Below are positions 59,130 through 64,000 of a stretch of DNA of 64,000 nt, piece by piece. Position 1 is the first letter of the stretch. Every line of letters starts with the position of its first letter. The notes beneath the pieces were generated by a model. That model had not been told where the DNA came from and did no database searches. It saw only the letters and a list, made by a program, of their open reading frames with translations. The DNA is from Terriglobia bacterium (GTDB lineage: Bacteria > Acidobacteriota > Polarisedimenticolia > Polarisedimenticolales > JAIQFR01): the NCBI GenBank assembly GCA_963748015.1, contig CAVVHE010000008.1, positions 1 through 64,000 on the forward strand. The letters are read 5' to 3'. The position numbers and the translations under genes were made by a program.

Positions 59130-60536
59130 GTGGCCGAGCCGGGTGGGGCGAGGCGTCAGGCGGCCCGGCGGCTGCCCGACCTCGAGACGCCGTTCACCAT
59201 CAACGAGGACGGCTCGAGGAACTTCCTCCACCCGGCCGACGTCCGCGGCCGCTGGCAGCGGGTCAAGAACCTCGTCTTCGCGGCTCTGATCGTCGTGTAC
59301 CTCGCGCTCCCCTGGATCGAGATCGGCGGCCGCCCCGCCGTCCTGCTGGACATCCCCGGCCGGCGCGCGTTCTTCTTCGGCGCGACCTTCACGAACGAGG
59401 ACGTGGTGCTCCTCTTCTTCGTGATCTCGGGGATCGGCTTCGGGCTCATCCTGCTGACGTCGCTCCTCGGCCGGGTCTGGTGCGGCTTCGGCTGCCCGCA
59501 GACCGTGTACCTCGAGGGGGTGTTCCGGAAGATCGAGCGCTGGATCGAGGGGCCGAGAGAGACGAGGATCCGGCGCAATCTCGGGCCGCCCACCCTCGAC
59601 AAGGCCTGGCGCAAGGCCGCGAAGCACGCCGCGTTCGTCGCGCTGTGCCTGGGGATGTCGCACGCCTTCCTCGCCTACTTCATCCCCGCGCGCGACCTCG
59701 CAGCACTCGTCCGGTCGAGCCCGTCGGGGCACGGCACGGCGTTTCTCTGGGGGTGGGTCACGGCGGCGGTCCTGTATCTCGATTTCGCGTGGTTCCGGGA
59801 GCAGACGTGTCTCGTCGTCTGCCCGTACGGCCGCCTCCAGTCCACACTCGTGGACGACTCCACGATCGTCATCGGGTACGACGCCCGGAGAGGGGAGCCG
59901 CGGTCGTCCGGGGAGGACAAGGGAGGCGACTGCATCGACTGCCGAAGGTGCGTCGCCGTTTGCCCCACGGGCATCGACATCCGGAACGGGCTTCAGCTCG
60001 AGTGCGTCGGCTGCGCCAACTGCATCGACGCCTGCGACGCCATCATGGAGCGGATCGGGAAGCCGCGCGGGCTCGTGAGGTTCGACTCGCAGCGCGGGCT
60101 CGAGGGGGGCGCGCGGCGCTTCCTGCGCCCGCGCGTGTGGCTCTACGCGGTCCTCGGCCTCGTCGGGCTCGCGGTCTTCACGGCGGCGGTCGCGCGGCGG
60201 GAGCCGTTCGAGGCCCGTGTCCTGAGGACCCGCGGCATGCCGTACGTCCTCGAGGAGCGCGCGATCCGGAACCTCTTCAACGTGAGGATCCAGAACAAGG
60301 AGGCGGAGCCTCGCGCGTACCGGCTCGCGTTCGTTCCGGAGGCTGGAAAGCCGGTCCCCGAAATCTTGATCGCCGAGTCCGAGGTGACGCTCCCGCCCTT
60401 CGGCGACGCGACCGTTCCCGTGTTCGTGACCTTTCCCAGGGAGAGCTACTCGGAACCGTTTCCCCTGCGCTTCGCGGTGCGGGACGAGCGCTCGGGGCGC
60501 GCGATCGAGGTCGAGGCGACCTTCCTCGGCCCCTGA
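59130..60536 (+). CDS. ccoG: cbb3 oxidase accessory ferredoxin membrane protein
   Basis: GRVWCGFGCPQTVY, REQTCLVVCPYGRLQ, GDCIDCRRCVAVCPTGIDIRNGLQLECVGCANCIDAC. Confidence 0.93.
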   Translation: MAEPGGARRQAARRLPDLETPFTINEDGSRNFLHPADVRGRWQRVKNLVFAALIVVYLALPWIEIGGRPAVLLDIPGRRAFFFGATFTNEDVVLLFFVISGIGFGLILLTSLLGRVWCGFGCPQTVYLEGVFRKIERWIEGPRETRIRRNLGPPTLDKAWRKAAKHAAFVALCLGMSHAFLAYFIPARDLAALVRSSPSGHGTAFLWGWVTAAVLYLDFAWFREQTCLVVCPYGRLQSTLVDDSTIVIGYDARRGEPRSSGEDKGGDCIDCRRCVAVCPTGIDIRNGLQLECVGCANCIDACDAIMERIGKPRGLVRFDSQRGLEGGARRFLRPRVWLYAVLGLVGLAVFTAAVARREPFEARVLRTRGMPYVLEERAIRNLFNVRIQNKEAEPRAYRLAFVPEAGKPVPEILIAESEVTLPPFGDATVPVFVTFPRESYSEPFPLRFAVRDERSGRAIEVEATFLGP

Positions 60537-60579
60537 CGATCCTCGGTCCCCGGGGACGATGAGAAAGGAGGTCTCCGAG

Positions 60580-60951
60580 ATGACCGGTCGAACGATTTCA
60601 CGGCGCATCTCGCTCGCCGCGTTTCTGATCGCGGCGCTTTCCTGCTCGACGGGAGGCGACTCCCTCTCGTTTTCCCCCGACGCCCTTCCGACGGTCCGCG
60701 TCGGCGTCCCGTTCACCGTGACGATCGCGGTGCACAACAACGACCAGTCGATCGGCGCCATCTCCGTCGTATCCGGGGCGCTGCCTCGGGGCGTCAACCT
60801 TCGATATGCCAGCCCCCAGAGCACGGCGACGCTAGAAGGGACTCCGGAGGAAGCGGGCACCTTCGCGTTCACCCTCGCCGCGTACTCCTATGGCGTCGGC
60901 GGCCCGTTCCAGCAGGGGAAGAAGGACTACCGTCTCGAGGTTCAGCCGTAG
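60580..60951 (+). CDS. Small putative lipoprotein with Ig-like domain
   Basis: RRISLAAFLIAALSC lipobox; SGALPRG...LEGTPEEAGTFAFTL putative Ig motif. Alternative start at 60559. Confidence 0.7.
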   Translation: MTGRTISRRISLAAFLIAALSCSTGGDSLSFSPDALPTVRVGVPFTVTIAVHNNDQSIGAISVVSGALPRGVNLRYASPQSTATLEGTPEEAGTFAFTLAAYSYGVGGPFQQGKKDYRLEVQP

Positions 60952-61318
60952 CGTGCGTTCCCACGGCGAGCTCATCGCATTCCTCGGCGGCGAGGAAACG
61001 AAGCGGTGACGCCGAGCGCACGTCGCAACCAATAGGGGGTGCAGCGTCCCGGCCGCCACGGGCGCGATTCTCGACGCCGGCGCCGACGGCTTCACGATGA
61101 CGAGCCGGTCGGAGTTGTGGCCTCTTCCGGAGGAGGTTGTCTTCGCCGGCCGGTACGAGGTGGCGTGACTCGGACGTCCGGCACGATCCGAAGTCCCATG
61201 GCTGGGGCCCGAATACGTTTTCGTGCTCATCTCCGCCGTTGACGTGCGCTCGCGTCGTGGGCGGCGGCATATATTGATCACCATGGCCGCGCCCCGCTCG
61301 CGCGGCGAGGTGATCGAC

Positions 61319-64000
61319 GTGCGCAACCGGATCCTACCGATCGTCCTTCGGGGGCTGGCGCTGCTGATCTGGCTCACCGCCGCTTACCCGAGTGCCGGAG
61401 CGACCGCGCCCGAACCCCCCATCGAGCTCGACATGGCGAGGGGAACTTTCCGTCCGCTCGAGGACGGGACCGGCGCGCCGCCAACCTGGTTCAAGGCCGC
61501 GGAGATACGGACCAGCGCGGCCCGGTGGCGCTACGTGGTTGCCATCGCTCGCGCTCCGCTGAGTGCCGGCGAGAGGCAACAGCTCGAGGCTGCGGGCGTT
61601 GAGCTGATCGGCTACATCCCGCGAAATGGATACCGGATCCGTCTGGCCCCGGAGGCGGAGAGCGCAGTGCGCCGCCTGCCCTTCATTGCGTGGCTCGGCG
61701 AGGTTCCTGCTCACTTCAAGCTCGAGCGCGGACTCGCCGCGCGGGCGGAAACCCCCGCGGCCGCCACGGCCGTTCGCGTCGTGCTCGCCGCCGGAGAGCC
61801 CGAGGGGCGCGTCATGGCGGCCATCGCCGGTCTCGACTCGACTGCCGCCCCATCGGGTTTCGGCGGGGCGTGGCGAATCCATGTGGCGGTGCCCGGCGGC
61901 CGGTTCGCGGGGCTTCTATCCTCTCTCGCGTACCTTCCGGAGGTCGAGGCGATCGAGTCGGCAAAGCCCGTTCGGGCCTTCAACCAGGACGCCGTCTGGG
62001 TCCACCAGTCCTTCGTCGGCCCGTCACCGCAGCAGACCCCGGTCTTCGACCACGGCATCTTCGGCTGCGGCCAGATACTTGCCATTGCAGACACCGCGCA
62101 GGATTACGACGCCTGCTACTTCCGCGACACGGTCAACGGTCCTCCACCGGTCGCCACGTGCAGCTTGCCGCCCTGCCCGCCCGCCGCCCCGGCGCCGAGT
62201 CGCCGGAAGGACATCCTCTACTACGACTGGTCGGGCGGCCCCACGGGCGAAGCGGATACGTGTCCCGCCACGATCACGGGGACCTCCGGGCACGGCACGC
62301 ACACCTCGGGAACGCTCGCCGGGGACAACTCCCCGTATGCCGACTGCTCGAGTTTTTCCACGCCCAACCGGAGCGGCGGCGACGGCCTCGCCCCCGGCGC
62401 GAAGCTCGTCATCGAGGAGCTCGGCGACGGCTTCGAGTACCTGAACAACCTCGGCGGGACGCTGTGGAACCTCGCCGACGTCGCGTTCCAGAGCGGGGCG
62501 CGGATCCACTCGAACTCGTGGGGTGGGGCCTGCTACGACGTCTTCGGAACTTGCACGCCGGGCTGCACCATGCCCTACGACTCCTACGCGCGCGACGCCG
62601 ATCTCGCGATGTGGACCCACCCCGACCTGCTGATCGTCACCGCCGCCGGAAACGGCGGCCTATACTGCCCGCCGCCGATCTCCATCGGCACGCCCGCCAA
62701 CGCGAAGAACCCGATCTCGGTCGGCTCGGTCGGCCACGGGGCCTCCGCCTCGATACCTTCGGGGTTCTCGAGCCCGGGTCCGGTCGAGGACGGGCGGCTG
62801 GCGCCGACGCTCGCGGCGCAGGGCGAGTTCACCGTCTCGGCGGCGTCGGATGCGAGCCTGGCCACGAACAACTGCGCGAGCTGCTCCCTCGACGGTACGT
62901 CGATGTCCGCCCCTACCGTAGCGGGCCTCGCGGCACTCGTGCGGGAGTACTACACGTCCGGGTTCTATCCGGGAGGCGCTCGCAACCCGGCGCAGGGCTT
63001 CGTGCCGAGCGCCGCACTGATCAAGGCGACGCTGGTGGACGGCGCGGTTCCGCTCGGCCCGGAAGCGCCGTACCCGGACTTCACGTCCGGCTACGGCCGC
63101 GTGCAGCTCGACCGGACGCTCTCCTTCGCGGGCGGCGCGTTCCGCCTGCGGGTGGACGACCGCCGCGAGGGGATCGGGACGGGGGGCGTGGTGACGCACG
63201 CCTACGACGTCTCGGCCGGAACGCCGCTGCGAGCGACGCTCGCCTTCACCGATTATCCCGCGGCGATCAACGCCGCGGTTGCGCGGGTCAACGAGCTCGA
63301 GCTCGAGGTCGTCGATCCCGCCGGCAACGTCTGGTTCCAGACGCTCGATCCGGCGAACGGGCTTCCGGTTCCCAGCTCGAACCCCTCGAACCCTCACGAC
63401 TCGCGCAACGTCGTCGAGCGGCTGGTGTTCGAGCACCCCGCCGCCGGCCGGTGGGTCGTGCGGGTCCGTGGCGTGGCGGTTCCTTGGGGGCCCCAGCCGT
63501 TCGCGCTCGTCGTGCGCGGTGATCTTGCGGATTGCGCGTCCCCCGCAGCTCCACCTGCGCCGACCCTCGCGACCCCCGCCGACCGAGAGGTGCTCGTCTC
63601 CTGGTCGCCCGTCTCGGGGGCCGCCGCGTACAACGTCTATCGAACCTTGGGCGCGTGCCCGGGCGGTCCATTCGTGTCGGTCGCGAGTGCGGTGACGGGA
63701 ACGTCGTTCCTGGACACCACGGTCTCGGGGGGGGTGACCTACGCCTACGTCGTCGTAGCCGCCTCGGACGCCTCGGGCTACTGCGAGTCGGCGCGGTCGC
63801 CGTGCGCGTCGGTCGTGCCGACGGGGGATTGCTCGCTTGCCCCGTCGTTCGCCGGCGTCAAGGCCGCGGGGAGCGCCGGCTCGTCGAACTGCGCCGTGAA
63901 CCTCGCGTGGAATCCCGCGATACCGTACTGTCCCGGCGACGTTCGCTACAACGTCTATCGCGGGACCACGAGCGGTTTCGTGCCGGGCTCCTCGAACCGA
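61319..64000 (+). CDS. Secreted S8 peptidase (KP-43-like) with FN3-like domains; runs off the window end
   Basis: Manual translation: signal peptide, IADTA, GHGTHTSG, HSNSWG, AAGN, DGRLAP, GTSMSAP, PSAALIKA, GYGRV, NVVE, YNVYR. Start is GTG 61319 (GAGGTG RBS) or ATG 61283. Confidence 0.88.
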   Translation, partial: MRNRILPIVLRGLALLIWLTAAYPSAGATAPEPPIELDMARGTFRPLEDGTGAPPTWFKAAEIRTSAARWRYVVAIARAPLSAGERQQLEAAGVELIGYIPRNGYRIRLAPEAESAVRRLPFIAWLGEVPAHFKLERGLAARAETPAAATAVRVVLAAGEPEGRVMAAIAGLDSTAAPSGFGGAWRIHVAVPGGRFAGLLSSLAYLPEVEAIESAKPVRAFNQDAVWVHQSFVGPSPQQTPVFDHGIFGCGQILAIADTAQDYDACYFRDTVNGPPPVATCSLPPCPPAAPAPSRRKDILYYDWSGGPTGEADTCPATITGTSGHGTHTSGTLAGDNSPYADCSSFSTPNRSGGDGLAPGAKLVIEELGDGFEYLNNLGGTLWNLADVAFQSGARIHSNSWGGACYDVFGTCTPGCTMPYDSYARDADLAMWTHPDLLIVTAAGNGGLYCPPPISIGTPANAKNPISVGSVGHGASASIPSGFSSPGPVEDGRLAPTLAAQGEFTVSAASDASLATNNCASCSLDGTSMSAPTVAGLAALVREYYTSGFYPGGARNPAQGFVPSAALIKATLVDGAVPLGPEAPYPDFTSGYGRVQLDRTLSFAGGAFRLRVDDRREGIGTGGVVTHAYDVSAGTPLRATLAFTDYPAAINAAVARVNELELEVVDPAGNVWFQTLDPANGLPVPSSNPSNPHDSRNVVERLVFEHPAAGRWVVRVRGVAVPWGPQPFALVVRGDLADCASPAAPPAPTLATPADREVLVSWSPVSGAAAYNVYRTLGACPGGPFVSVASAVTGTSFLDTTVSGGVTYAYVVVAASDASGYCESARSPCASVVPTGDCSLAPSFAGVKAAGSAGSSNCAVNLAWNPAIPYCPGDVRYNVYRGTTSGFVPGSSNR

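Overview
High-GC bacterial chromosomal window, probably starting at a contig end. An Acidobacteriota-like origin is a guess from gene style only. In order, it contains: (1) a truncated P5C dehydrogenase; (2) a tungsten aldehyde-oxidoreductase operon in which the AOR gene is split by a HydC/HydB/HydA'-like (NuoE/F/G-like) module, followed by moaD/thiS, tupABC and moeB; the first ~6.3 kb carries many single-base indels that look like assembly errors; (3) secreted enzymes (two S8 proteases, an MBL-TPR protein, M14 and M28 peptidases, a large modular FN3 protein, a 26-aa repeat protein); (4) a DedA-VirJ-MprF-AcvB lipid aminoacylation module; (5) a CAP protein, gluQ and a membrane Ser/Thr kinase; (6) an apparently complete IS110/IS1111-type element with a bridge/seek-RNA-like 3' non-coding region, inserted into the inverted repeat of a small REP/MITE-like element; (7) a PilZ protein and a catalytically degenerate Fic-HTH protein with an operator-like palindrome; (8) a Phe/Tyr homogentisate catabolic operon (hppD, hmgA, unknown gene, fahA, acetoacetate-CoA ligase, phhA) with no recognisable maleylacetoacetate isomerase; (9) glnA; (10) a Crp/Fnr regulator with a divergent ferredoxin; (11) a cbb3 oxidase cluster. 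The best novelty candidates are the split, probably electron-bifurcating W-AOR, the IS1111 guide RNA and its target, the candidate maleylacetoacetate isomerase, and the pseudo-Fic regulator. No rRNA, tRNA or CRISPR array was seen. All calls come from reading motifs by eye; no database searches were run.
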